Shown piece by piece: positions 1 to 13,719 of a stretch of DNA of 64,000 nt. The DNA lies in contig NC_069000.1 of NCBI RefSeq assembly GCF_001194135.2, forward strand, positions 6,784,633 through 6,848,632, given 5' to 3'. Within the stretch, counting starts at the first letter, position 1; every line of letters starts with the position of its first letter. Source of the DNA: Octopus bimaculoides. Lineage: Eukaryota. The notes beneath the pieces are model-generated. The model saw nothing but the letters and a program-made list of their open reading frames with translations. It searched no databases and had not been told where the DNA came from. The translations under genes and the position numbers were made by a program.

Positions 1-44
<44 letters not shown>

Positions 45-188
45 CTGTTTGTATATATTTGTATATGTATAAAATGTGTGTATATGTATTTATACATATA
101 TATATATATAATGAATTACAGACAAGCACAAACGCAAGCAAGCAATCAATCACAGAGCTTTAGTAGAATATAGATACGGAAAACTTAC

Positions 189-257
189 CCCTTCTCCATA
201 AGGAGGATGCAATTTTTGACACTGTCTTGGTCAGGACAGAGGTCAACATAGAGAATT
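189..257 (-). CDS. HDAC10: HDAC exon [23 protein letters not shown]
   Basis: AG/GT, 69 nt, degenerate equivalent of [11 protein letters not shown]. Confidence 0.82.
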
Positions 258-1071
258 CTGAAACAGATTGAAAAATGAAACAAAAAAAAAAACCCATTTT
301 AGATAATTCATAACAATATGTCATTTTTTTTTTTTTGCTTTATTATTTATAGATGCAAACATAGCTGTCTAGTTAAGAAGTTTGCTTTGCAGTCACATGG
401 GTTTGAGTTCAGTCCCACTGCATGGTACTTTGGACAAACAATGCTTTGGGAGAAAGGATTTGGTAGAAGGAAACTTAGAATATGAGGACAGCACTGGGTC
501 CTCCTACACAACCTACACTCACCACTCCATCTCTCACTTTCTCATTATACCTCACATTAATCCCTCCCTCCTTTCTCCAGTCCCCTGCACACTCTCTCCC
601 CCTGTACTGTATATTTTCTTACTCTCTTTACTATTAGGTTAGTCAACATTACTCCATAAGGAGCATAGTGCTGGTGACCTGGTTTCTCTGAGATATATAT
701 ATTCCTCCTTGGCTGGCAATATGTGCATCTCTGATCAGGAGCAGGAATAGTGGGGGAGCCTATAACCATGTGTTGAGAGGAATTCTATGGGGTTTGGGTA
801 ATTCACCTTTGGAAACATGGGTGTTTCGTTCAGCATCCCTAAACAACCCTTATTCAGGGACCTTTTGGGCAGGATGGGCTACTCAGCCTGAAGGAAATTC
901 TAACTGGGCCCCACCTGCAAGGTCATGCACTGTTAATCTTGATATGAGATCACATAGTTGTGACGCATGTGCTTGGTGTACCCTTATCAGACGGGTAGTC
1001 ATGATGGGTATAATGGGCTTCGTATATTTTACCCCAGTGTCACTTTGATGGCATGCACTGCTCTCTCACTC

Positions 1072-1112
<41 letters not shown>

Positions 1113-1126
1113 TAATACAAGAGAAA

Positions 1127-1164
<38 letters not shown>

Positions 1165-4100
1165 TGTAAAGTTTACCTTTGAAGGTGCTGGTGTTGAAGA
1201 TGGTGTTGTAGAATGGTATAGGATGATTTGGGGCTGGCAGCGTTCTTCTGTCTGTAGAAGAATGGTAAAATATTGTGTGAGGAATATGAGGAATATTTTA
1301 AAAGTATACACATACAGAATAACATACACAAACATACATATATATATATACACGCACAAACATTCAGACATACACACACACAAACATACATACACACACA
1401 GAAACATACATACAATTTCATACACATTAACACATTTGCACAACACACAAATTTACAAGTGGGCAATAAAGAAATAAGAAACGTTAGCATGCCGGGTGAA
1501 ATGCTTCGTGGTATTTCATCTGTCTTTATGTTCTCAGTTCGAATTCCACTGAGGTCGACTTTGTCTTTCATCCTTTTGGGGTATTTAAATTAAGTACCAG
1601 TTTCATACTGGAGTCGATCTAATTTCAGGCCTAGTACCTAGAGTAGAAAAGAATATAATAATTGGGACATTATATTTTTCATGTGTACAGGCACAGGCAT
1701 GGCTGAGAAGTTTGCTTGGCAATCACCTTGTCTTGGGTTCAATCTCACTGTGCAGTAACTTGGACAAAGTATCTTCTACTGTAGCCCCAGGTCAGCCAAT
1801 GCCATGTGAGAGAATTTGGTAAATAGTAAATGAGTGGAACTATTCGCGTGTGCATGTGTGTGTGTGTCTTTGTATTTCCCCCCAGCATCACTTGACAACC
1901 CGTGTTGGTTTGTTTACATCTCTGTAGTTTAATTAGAGGTTCGACCGCTAGAATAAGTACTAGACCCAAAAATAAGCACAAAGGTCGGTTAGTTTGACGA
2001 CCTTCAAGCAGGTGCTCTAGCATGGACGCAGTCCAATGACAGAAACGAGTAAAAGATAAAAGATAAAAAAAAGCATTCACTTTACTTACAGAGAAACAAA
2101 TACACCATTTTGTATCTGGAAAAAAAAAAAGAAAGAAAATTACAAAGAATCTTTGTGTGTGTGTGTGTGCGCGCGTGCGTGTGTGTGTGTGTGTGTGTGT
2201 GTTATCAGTATAAGTGAGGTAACATTATAGAGTGGGGAGACATCATTCTCATCAAGCTGAAAATATGTCTTAGAAGAGTGATTGAACACTACAGTTCAGT
2301 CCAAGCCAATGAGGCTGGATATGATCCATGTGAATATCTGGGCCACTGAAGCACTCAGTTAACAAGTGTTCAATGTTGTTAAATCTTGATAAGAAATAAA
2401 GGACTGCTAACCTGCTCTGTTGGACTGTTAAGTTGTTAAGTGGAACAGCTAAGCTGGACTGCTAACCTAATAGTAAAGCTGGACTATTAAGCTGGATTGC
2501 TAAGCAGGACTACTAAGCTGGATTGCTAAGCTGGACTGCTAAGCTGGACTACTAAGCAGGACTGCTAAGCTGGACCGTTAACTTGCTCGGTTGGACTGCA
2601 GCTAAGTTGAAGTGCTAAAGCTGCTAAGCTGGACGACTAACTTCTATATTTAAACTGCTAAGTTGTTAAGTTGAACTGCTAAGCTACTAACTTGAACTGT
2701 TGTCTTGCTGGATTCTAAGGTGGTGACTTTTCCTTTGAATAAACAACAGTAGTTTGGATGGGGAAGGAAGACTCATATACAAAGACAATTATTGGTCTTC
2801 CTCCAAGAAAAATAAAAGCCTTCACCAAGCTTGTGTATATATGTGTATATATGTGTAGGTGTAAGGTCTACTTTGTCTCATGGAGGCCTCAGAGAACTAC
2901 AACATCATCAGTAGTAACAGCAACAACAACAATAAGAGGTTCATGGGTCTGATCACACCCTTCTTCCCATGGGAATGTAAGCTCAATCATGAATCAGTTT
3001 CTTGGTCTTGTCAAACTGCAAAACCACATCTGGTCTCAGAGCAACAATCACAGCAGCAGCAGCAGCAACAACAACAACAGCAGCAAAAATAGCAGTGTTA
3101 ACAATAGCGACAGCAGCAGCAACAGTAACAACAGCAGTAGCAACAATAACAACAACAACAACAACAAAAATCTCACACTCATATCGCAATGTCACAAAGT
3201 AATGTTCATCAGTGAACTAGACTGAAAAACGATGATTTGCAGTTTAGTTCTAAAGACATTCCAGCAAACTCAAAAGAAAATATGTCAGTCACTGTTGCAT
3301 ATGTTACAACAATTTCTTCCTTGTATAGCAACAATGTGTTTATAACACACTTGGTTTGTTGGTACAATATGTTTGACATGTCGTGTTTTGTCAGCCAGAA
3401 GTCCCAGGACCATTGCCTCTAAACAAGCCACTAGTGCTATTCTTTTATTCTTCTATTTGTCTCAGTCATTTGATTGTGGCCATGCTGAAGCATCACCTTT
3501 AGTTCCCAGGACTTATTCTTTGTAAGCCTAGTACTTATTCTTTTGGTCTCTTTTGCTGAACTGCTAAGTTACAGGACGTAAACACACCAGCATCGGTCAT
3601 CAAGTGATGTTGGGGAGACAAACACAGACACACAAACACTTCTTTCAGTTTCTATCTACCAAATCCACTCACAAAGCTTTGGTTGGCCCGAGGCTATAGT
3701 AAAAGACACTTGCCCAAGGTGTCACGTAGTGGGACTGAACCCGGAACCATGTGGTTGGTAAGCAAGCTACTTACCACACAGTCACTCTTGCGCCTGTTTA
3801 TAATTCAGCAAATGAATTATTTGCTGATCAATGCTGGTATCTGCCAACTGATAAAAAAAAAAATTGCTATTTGCTCTGTTTAATTCTTTGGTATCCACAT
3901 AATTTTATCAAATGTAATGCCTTTTATCTCACTGTTTATAATTAATCATATATTTTTATGTAGCTTAGAGATTTTTAAAATGACATTATAGGATAGATGT
4001 TAGAGGCTGGATCTAGCTGGTTTGAACTTAAAACAGGTAGAATATTTCGGTCAGATGTGGCTGGTTTAACCTTTTCGATACCAACCTGGCAGAAACCACC

Positions 4101-4688
4101 TCTGGCTCTGTAGTACAAATGTCTTGTTTTCAAAAGTTCTGAATTAAAATCTTCCACCAAACCTTAGTCACAATTTATGTTCCTAACACTAGCTTAACGA
4201 TAACTAAGCTATTTTACTAAATTCTTTGTTATATTTAAAATTGATTGAAAGAAACACAGAGCATCTCAACAGAAATATAGTAAAAAAAAGGGTTAAATGC
4301 TAATGGGTTACAGTGAGATCTAAAATGATGATTTACATATATATTCTTCAAACATTCTGGCATATTCAAATGAAAATATGCTAGTTGCTGTTGTGTATGT
4401 CACGAGAGAACAATTTATCCTTTTTACATTTCTGAAATATAAAAACGCAGGCTAATTACCTTCCGTTCTATCATTGGGTGAACCAATTCAGAGGCATTGT
4501 CAGTGTTCTGGAAAAGAAAACAAAATATGTAAGGTCTTTTGCTTATCTTCGTGGACCCTTATCTCCTTGATGGGGGTCATAGGGACACTGTGATGACATA
4601 TATAAGATGTATCTTGGATGTATCTTGGATGTATCTAGACATGGCAAAGTTCATCATTCAGCAGATCTGAACATAACAAATTTCTGTA

Positions 4689-4776
<88 letters not shown>

Positions 4777-5085
4777 TCTCAACACCTGGCACAAATATAT
4801 GTACACACAAACAGACAGAAGAATCAACATTACCTCAATTACATGTAACCGTGGCAATAACTTTTGGAATCGGGAGAAACCTTGCAATCTGGAATGAAAA
4901 AAAAATACGAGGAGATTATATGTGTGTGTGTCTGGAGTGTATGTATATGGCATGATATACATAAACACACACATATATGAGGAGTGTATGAAAAGTCTTC
5001 AGTCTCAAAAAAAGAAAACATGGTACAAGACTTCTGATGAAAGTACAAGACTTCAAGGCCCAAAACTTTTCATAAACCCCTTGTA

Positions 5086-5137
<52 letters not shown>

Positions 5138-6676
5138 ACTATCATCATCAGTGTTTTAAATCCAGGATTTGTCCCTGTTAACAGGGCTGGCCGGATCTAC
5201 CTCAATGCCATAGTAACCAAGGTAGGCAGGTGCAGCCCACTCCAACCTTTGGGCTGGTTGGTGCCCATTCTCCTTTGCTATCATAAGGCTTTTGTGAAGC
5301 TGGTTTTTCAATGAGGAGCATGCCCTTCCTTACCCCCAACCTCAGTTTCTAGACATGAGTGATCCCGAGATCAAGGCCTCTACCATGATTTTTAAGAAAT
5401 GTGGTGGAAAACTAGCTCAGGAAGGCAGGACGCTACTCCCTGAAACCCTTTTCGGGGCTATAGTAGTAGAAGACACTTGCCCAAGGTGGCATGTAGTGAG
5501 ACTGAACCCAGAACCATGTGGTTGAGACGCAAACTCCTTACCACACAGCCACACCAGTGCCTATAGTAGAAAGAATTACCAAAACACAGTGGAATGGATT
5601 GGCAGAATCGTTAGAGCATCGGACAAAATGGTTTGTGATATTTTGTTCCATTTTTTTAAATTCTGAGTTCAAATCCCACCAGGAGTGACTTTGCTTTTTA
5701 TCCTTTCTGGGTCAATAAAATACAGTTGCAGCGAAATTTTGGGCTCAGAAGTGTCAACCAATCCAAAACCCACCCACCCACTTCAGAAGTGCTGGCCTTG
5801 TGCCCATATTATAAAGAATTCTTGAAGTATTACAATAAGAATGGTTAAGTATTTAGCCCCTTGTGGGCAATAAAGAAATAAGAACGGTTTAAGTATGATG
5901 GTGCTTCACAAGAAGGAACCAAGGTTAAAGGTTTAAGACATGGTTAAGACACATGCACACACATGCATGTGCGTGTGTGTGAGTGCGCATGTGTGTGTAT
6001 GTGTATGTTTACGAAGAAACCATCGGAAGCAGTAACAAGGATGCAATCTCAGTGTTACATTAAAAGTTGCACTGCTTTCTGAGCCCAAACCCCACCATTA
6101 TCACCATCATCATCATCATCATCATCCTCATCATCATCATCGTTGTCAGCACCCCCTGCTACCACCAGTAGAACATCACCAACACACCATCATCATCGCT
6201 ACTATCTATGCCATAATCACCACCACCACCACCACCACTGCTAGCATCAATGAACACAACTGCAATAAAAACAACAAGTGGCATAAAACAAACACAACAA
6301 AACTATAAAAAAATCACAAAACAAAACAAATAAATATCAAACAAAAAGACTGCAGCTGTGCAGATTGATTGAGGAAGTTGACTGAACTGTTTTAGGGGAC
6401 ATTATTATTACTATTATTATTATTATTAATATTATCATTATTATTATCATTATGTGTTGGTGGTGTTTTGTTGTTGTTGTTATTAGTGGTGTCATTGATA
6501 GTGATGATGTAGTCGCTGGTGGGGTGGGAGTGGGGGTGGTGGTCAACTGGTCAAGACATGCCCAAAAGGCATCACATGTTTGTCTTCTCTTCCGGCAATT
6601 ATGTGAAAGACAAAGGTTGGCGAAAATGGAAAACACTCCAGATTAAAAGACAACAACCACCACCACCACCACCACC

Positions 6677-6713
<37 letters not shown>

Positions 6714-9700
6714 ATAGTAGTAGTAGTAGTAGCAGGAACAACAACAACAACAGCAACAAAAAGGAATATAAAATGATGGTGGTGGTAGCAATGACAGTGT
6801 TGGCAGTGGTGGTGGTAATGAAAAATGTTGATCAGAAGAAGAAAAGGGGAAACTTACTTGTGAGAAAGGTCTTTGAAAGTTTCTATGCTGGGGTCGAAAC
6901 AAACAGCAGTTCTGTAAAATAGATTTATTAACAAAAAGGATTTAATTAAACAAATTTTAAGGAAAAGAATAAATAAATAGATGTTAAAAAAAAAAAGAAA
7001 CAAAAATGAAATTAAAAAAAAAGATTCTAGTCTGATGAGAGTTTGAAGATTTGTCACAAGAACTGGAAATATCTTTAAATTTGTTTCAGTCATTGGAGCA
7101 AGGCCATGCTGGAGCACCCTTTTCAAATGCTTTAAGTCAAACGAGCCAACCCTGGTACTTATTTTTTATGAGTCTAGCACTTATTCTATCAGTCTTTCTC
7201 ACAAACTGCTAAGTCATGAGGATGTAAACAAACCAGCATTTGCCAAGCAATGTGGAAGAAGTCAAGAAGACTCGTCTGGCGTGCTAACATTTCTGTCAGC
7301 TTGCCACCTTAACACACACATATTATCAATGTCATAAGATAGAGAAATTCAAAGGATTGGTTTGGTCCAATGGTAGAACAGCAGTCATGTTTACAGGAGG
7401 TGTGGGTTCAAGTTCCAAGAGCAACCTTCAACTTTTTTCTCTCAAAATTAACCTAATAATTATAGACTATTATTTATACCTACATCTGCTTCATGGTTCC
7501 CCATTCAAAAGAAGATTATATATGCATGTGCATGTGTGTGTGTGTGTGACTTGTGGTGGTGTCACAATCTCATGACTGTAAACGCAGTGCTCTAACCACA
7601 GAGCCATGCACCTTCTTATAGTAAATCTCTAGTTTTCTGAGAACGCATCCAGGAGTAAAGGCCAGTTCATAAACCTGTTTACCTTATAGTGGGAACGTCT
7701 GTAGGCTGTGACTGAATCATTTCATTAAGCAGTTTGTCACACATCTCCACCTCTTCTAATGGAAGTATCTCATTGGTCAAAATATGAGCATCAGGTTGGT
7801 TCTCTTCTGTACAAAATATCACACCTTCTCTAAAAGTAAAAAAAAAAATATTAAAAAAAAATGTATTAAATACATTACAAAATACTTGCTATGTGTTTGT
7901 ATGTGTCTGTATGTGTTTATATGTTGTATCCTTGTTTTGTTAATTGAATTTCAACAATAAGGGTACGGTGACATTATCGTTTTTATTGAAGGAAGATAAT
8001 TTTGTCAAGTTGTGAAAGAGAGAGAAAGGGTGGGAGATGAGCAGGAGAGAGAGAGAGAGAGGAAGGTGAGAGAGGGTGAGGTGGGAGGTGAGAGAGGGTG
8101 AGGTGGGAGGTGAGGGAAGGGAGAGGGGAAAGAAGTGCAAGGGGAGGGAAGGAAGGAGGTGAGAGCTGGAAGGGTTGAGAGAAAGGAAGGGGTTGAGACA
8201 GAGGAAGGTGGGAGAGAGGGAAGGTTGGGACAGAAGAAGGTGGGAGAGAAGGAGGGTTGAGAGAGAGAAAGGTGGGAGAAAGGGAGGGTTGTGAGAGAGG
8301 GAGGGGTCGAGGGAGAGAGGTAGGAAGAGAAGAGTGGATGACAGACAAAAATTAGAGACCAGACTAAAACAGGACAAATGTCCCTTACCACATCAAAAAA
8401 AAAAAGAATGAAATTAAAGCTTACTTGGGTGGCATAGTCAAAAGATCAGGGTAGGCACACTCATCAGGATGTTGCCAATAACTCTGGTGCCGCAGTCGGG
8501 ACCAATAGTTCCGGTGTACTTTGATGACATTCAAGATACTCTCAGCTACACTGTAACAGAAAAACGTAAGGGTAAGGTGTGTGGTTTGAAACAGACTGCA
8601 GCTGCTATTTCTAGCATGATGTGTTGAGTCGGCAGTTATTGATGTTGTTGCTGTGGTTTTAACCCCAGGTCAGTCGTGATTTGGGAGATCTATGATCAAA
8701 GTGCTCCAACTGTGACCATCCCCACATTCATCCACACCCTTCTTGAATACTTTTGATCATAGGCCGGCTGGTTCAGGTTTGACCTAGGGCTACATTAGAT
8801 AATGTAGTCCAAAGAAGGCTACATTAAATAATGTAGTCCTAGATACACTATACCAGAATAAAGGATTTGATAGTTGCTGTTGAAATACATTTGGTCATAG
8901 GTCTGACAATAATGACGACGACGATGGTGGTGGGGATGATGACCTGATTGGAAGAGTAGGAATATTCGAAGTAAAGCTTACCTGTCTGAAGGAGGCGCCA
9001 GTGGTCCCAAATCAGGGCAAGGATCACCTAAAAGACTCTTTATGGAATAGGCCACACCCTCAGCCAGAGATTTCAGACAGTAACCACCCTGAAACAGTGA
9101 ATAATTACTGGTATTTAGAGAGGGGCACACAAAGAGTGAGAGAGGTGGAGGGGAGAGAAAGAGAGAGAGAAAAGTACGATAGAGAGAAATGCAAAATGCT
9201 GTCCCCATCCATGGGTCTTGTCAGCCCACACTTTGAGTTGGCACACTTAATATTGGCACATTGAAAGGTAAGCTTAATGAGATTGCCAGAGGGTAAGCAA
9301 AAAAGGTAAAGGTGATGCTTTAGATAGAAATAATTACAGAGGTACTCTTTCTATCATGGTCAATGTAATGATCACATGCTACACACCTTCCTTCCAAGCA
9401 CTGCTGTAAACAGCAGAAGTGAGCTAGAACGTTAAAACTTAGTGCACGTGCACAGTTAGAATTCAAGGTTAATCTTTGTCAGGCAGCCTTAATGGAATCA
9501 GATGGAAGGCTATGAAATACTGTAACTTACCTCGAGGATAGTACAAATTTTTCCATTGGCTAAAGTAGACAGCATATGTGTAAAATGAGCATAAGCCATA
9601 GGGGACACACTCATTTGACCCTAGAAAAAGAATAACATGTTTAAAGCACAAGATATTAACAGTATTATTTAAAGAACATATATGCTAACTTATCCATAAA

Positions 9701-11028
9701 AATATATATATTAGAACATCTATACTAGCTTATCCATAAAAATATATATATTAGAACATCTATACTAGCTTATCCATTAAAATATATATATTAGAACATC
9801 TATACTAGCTTATCCATTAAAATATATATATTAGAACATCTATACTAGCTTATCCATAAAAATATATATGTATATATATTTTACAATTCTGCACTGATAT
9901 TGTTTTTCTCTTGCTCAGAGATTTAATAGAACATATTTCTCTCTTGTTATAAATAATTAAAATATTACTATGCAAAGACATTTCCTAAACTAACCCCATA
10001 TTTATCAGTTTTGGTTAACCCTTTTGTTACCATATTTCTGTTGAGATGCTCTGTGTTTCTTTCAATTAATTTTAAATATGACAAAGAATTTAGTAAAATA
10101 ACTTAGTTATCATTAAGCTAGTGTTAGGAACATAAATTGTGACTAAGTTTTGGTGGAAGATTTTAATTCAGAACTTTTGGAAACAAGACATTTCTCCTAC
10201 AGAGCCAGGGGTGGTTTCAGGCGGGTTGATATCAAAAAGGTTACACACACACACTTCCACTCCACTCAATTCCACTGACAAGATATTGGTAAGCAGAAGG
10301 CTATAGAAAAAGACAGTTAGCAAACATGTCTTATAGTGAGATGAAATGTTATGTGATTGTGAAGTGAATGTCTGAAGAACACAAGCATATTAGCATCCTT
10401 TCTGTATATCGGTAAAAACCAATTCCAAAGGTGATTGAGAGACATGAGACCAACACCAATAGATTGTAGTGTTTTAGACATTAATTCATTAACACCATTA
10501 TCATCATCACTATCATCATCACCATTACCATCATCATCATCAACACCACCACTATCATCATCACCATCACCATCATCATACCAACATCATCACTAATACC
10601 ACCACCACCACCACAACCATTACGATCATCACCACTAACATCACCATCACCCTTGCTGCCATTAATACCACCACCACCAGTTCCATCGTCATCGTCATCA
10701 TCCATAGTATTTCCTCTGCAAAAAAATGGACTTCACCTTACTTGAGGAAGGAAGGCTTGAGTAAAAGGAAGAGCACATTAGTACACGGTACCTTGATGTC
10801 ACCAAATGCCGAATCAAATCCTGCAGAGATGAGGACAAGCTGGGGATTGAACTAGAAGCCGAAAAAGGAACAAAAAGAAACTGAAAAGTTGAATATGGGT
10901 GAATACATTGGGAAGTTTAGATTGTGTTGACCTCAAAATCTCTGGGTTGTGCTGCAAATTACCTCAAATGGATCCTGAGAAATGCTTAAATGGTAAAAAA
11001 TATTCCTTAATATTTCTGCCATGCCACC

Positions 11029-11060
<32 letters not shown>

Positions 11061-13675
11061 CCTTTCTACTGGAAGCACACGGCCTCAAATTTGGGGGAAA
11101 GGAATTAGTTGATTACATCAACCCCAGTATTTCACTGGTACTTAAAGGATAAAAAGGATAAAAAGGTAAAGTCGACCTCGGTGGATGAAAGGCAGAAATT
11201 ACACCGCAGAATTTGAACTCAAAACATAATGAGTCAGAGGAGACATTGCATTTTTTCCCAACACTAATGACTCTGCCAGTTCATTGCCTTAAAATGATAA
11301 TCGTTTCTGATTTAGACACAAAGCAGGCTAATTTAAGGAGTGGTAGGGGTGATTGATACAATGGACCGTCCCAGTATATGACAGGTACTTAATTTTAACA
11401 AGCCTAAAATGATGAAAGGCATAGTTGACATATGGTAACTGTAGTGGTAGTAAAAGATAGTTAAAGACGGTTGGTGGTGGTAGGGTGGTGGTAGTGGTGG
11501 AAGTAGTGGTGATGTTCACAGTGGTGGTGTTAGCAATGATGGTGGTGGGGGGAACTGGAGCTTGTGATGGTGGTGGTGTTAGTGATGATGGTAGGGGTGG
11601 TGGTATTAGCAATGACAGTGGTGCTGGTAGTGTTGGAACTAGAGGTTGTGGTAGTGGTGGTGTTAGTGAGGATGGTGAGGAGGATTGGAGGTTGTTGTGA
11701 TGGTGGCGCTGGTGTTAGTGATGACGGTAGGGGTGGTGTTACAACTAGAGGTTGTGGGGGTGGCGTTAGCAACGACAGTTGTGTTGGATCTAGAGGTTGT
11801 GGTAGTTGTGTGGTGGTGATGATAATAATGGTGGTGGTGGTAATAAATGTCAAAATGGTGATAGTTAATATTACTGACTGCTAGTTACAAAGACTTGATC
11901 ACAAAACATAACAAATGCTACAAGACAAGGCATTCAGTCCACCATGCTACCTACCATGTCCACCATCCCACCAAGCTACATAAATAATTGAATATATATA
12001 TATATATATATAAATATTAGTGCTAAGCAGTGTTTAGGCATAAGCAAAGTTTAGGTTAGTTAAAATATGTTTGTGGAATATTTCAACTGCTAAAAAGTAA
12101 ATTCACTGCAGTTAGCATAAAGAAAAATATTTCTCTTATGGTATAAAGGTGAGTAAACACCTTATTTGTTCAGCGCCACCATATATCAGGACTCCCAGAC
12201 ATTGATGTTTCAAGTTAATTGGTTTTTATCAATGGAAGGTACCTAAGGGAGGCAACTCTGAACAAATCTTATAAAGCAATGGCTTTATGTAAAATGCAGT
12301 CAACAACATTGACTGATTTATTGAATAAATTTACTCTTTAGTGTTTCAAGATATTTTTACGCAGTTTTTGTAAATATATCTGTTAAAATGAGATGTCAGT
12401 GTTATTTTCATTTTTGCATAATTAAGACGACAGTTTATTAACTGCACACTATAGATATATAAATGTAAGTATGTATGTATGTAAATATCGATATATATAT
12501 ATATGTATGTATGTATATAATACATTAATCTGTTTAATAATAGTTATTACTTATGTTTAGCTGAGTAAGATATACAGAGAGAAGGTTTTAATGATGAGCA
12601 GATGACTGAACAGCATACCTCAGGGCATCCAAGGGCTGCATCATAACCAGAGGATATTAAAACCAATTGAGGATCAAACTGAAATCGAACATCACAATAT
12701 AACACATGTACACAGAATTAAAACAAACAAACAAACAGAAAACAATTATATACAAATTATACAAGTTTGGTCATCAATAACATTTATATATATTTCAGTG
12801 TTGCATTTGTCTTTCTCAGTATTTTGATTTTGATTAGAGAATATCAGGGGGAAAACTAAAGAATTTAGACCATGGAAAAACCATTCTAGATATTTAACCT
12901 CTTTCTTTTTTTTTACCATATTTCTCTCATAATATTTTAAACCATATTTTTGTGCTACTTTCTTTTTTTTTTTTTAAATAATTTTGAAAATACTGAAGAA
13001 TTTATTGGAATGACTTTGTTCCTTATTAAGTTGGTATTTGGAACATAAATTTATGCGAAATCTTATGGGAATGTTATAATTCAGATCATTTCAATCCATT
13101 AGTTACCATATTTCTGTTGAGAAGGAAGCATATAGAAGATGTGGAAGGTTAAAAAATGGAAAACGAAAAAGTAAAAATTTAAAAGTAAAAACAGTAGAGC
13201 TTAAATTATAAGGCTAGAAACATATCAACACACACACATAAAATATATAACAGTAAATATAAATCTCAGTTGATTCGCAAAATGAAGGAAATGCCTTCAT
13301 TTACAACAGAAGATCAAAAATAAAATCTCAGATGCAAAAAAGAAACGAACACGCAATACAATGAGAAAAGTATTAAAAGTGCCCCTTGCACAAATTGCAT
13401 GGCATGTGCACACTTGCTCATACGAGCATCCACAAAAATGTAAGCATATGCACATATGTGGTTTAGTGCACATGTGATTTAGTGTTTGTCCCCCTACCCC
13501 CACCCAACCATCTCTTGACAACTAATGTTGGTGTGTTTACATCCATGAAACTTAGCAGTTTAGCAAAAGAGACCGATAGAATAAGTACTAGGCTTACAAA
13601 GAATAAGTCCTGGGGTTGATTAGTTCAACTAAAGGCAGCCGCAGTAAAATTACTGAAACAAGTAGAAGAATAAAA

Positions 13676-13719
<44 letters not shown>

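Noticed and set aside
500-765. PLFLLLIRD stretch resembling a LINE RT motif
   Set aside because: Too short and stop-interrupted to call without an HMM search
1066-1593. Overlapping 100-130 aa ORFs
   Set aside because: Translations of (AAT)n, (GA)n and (CA)n microsatellites; only 1177-1251 is a real exon
3225-3420. Open minus-strand frames resembling a LINE C-terminus or an extra exon
   Set aside because: No donor, not needed for frame continuity, similarity not convincing
4640-4683. Candidate extra HDAC exon after a (CT)n(CA)n tract
   Set aside because: Phase-0 reading hits a stop (KFVMFRSAE*) and there is no good donor; at most a cryptic terminal exon
7940-8391. Three Pro/Ser/Leu-rich ORFs of 121-145 aa
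   Set aside because: Stop-free polypyrimidine low-complexity strand inside an intron
9691-9869. Possible CRISPR array
   Set aside because: Units are contiguous with no unique spacers, no cas genes, eukaryotic context
12580-12720. ATGATGA...CTGA suggesting a C/D snoRNA
   Set aside because: Boxes are too close and no terminal stem; such motifs are common in this AT-rich DNA
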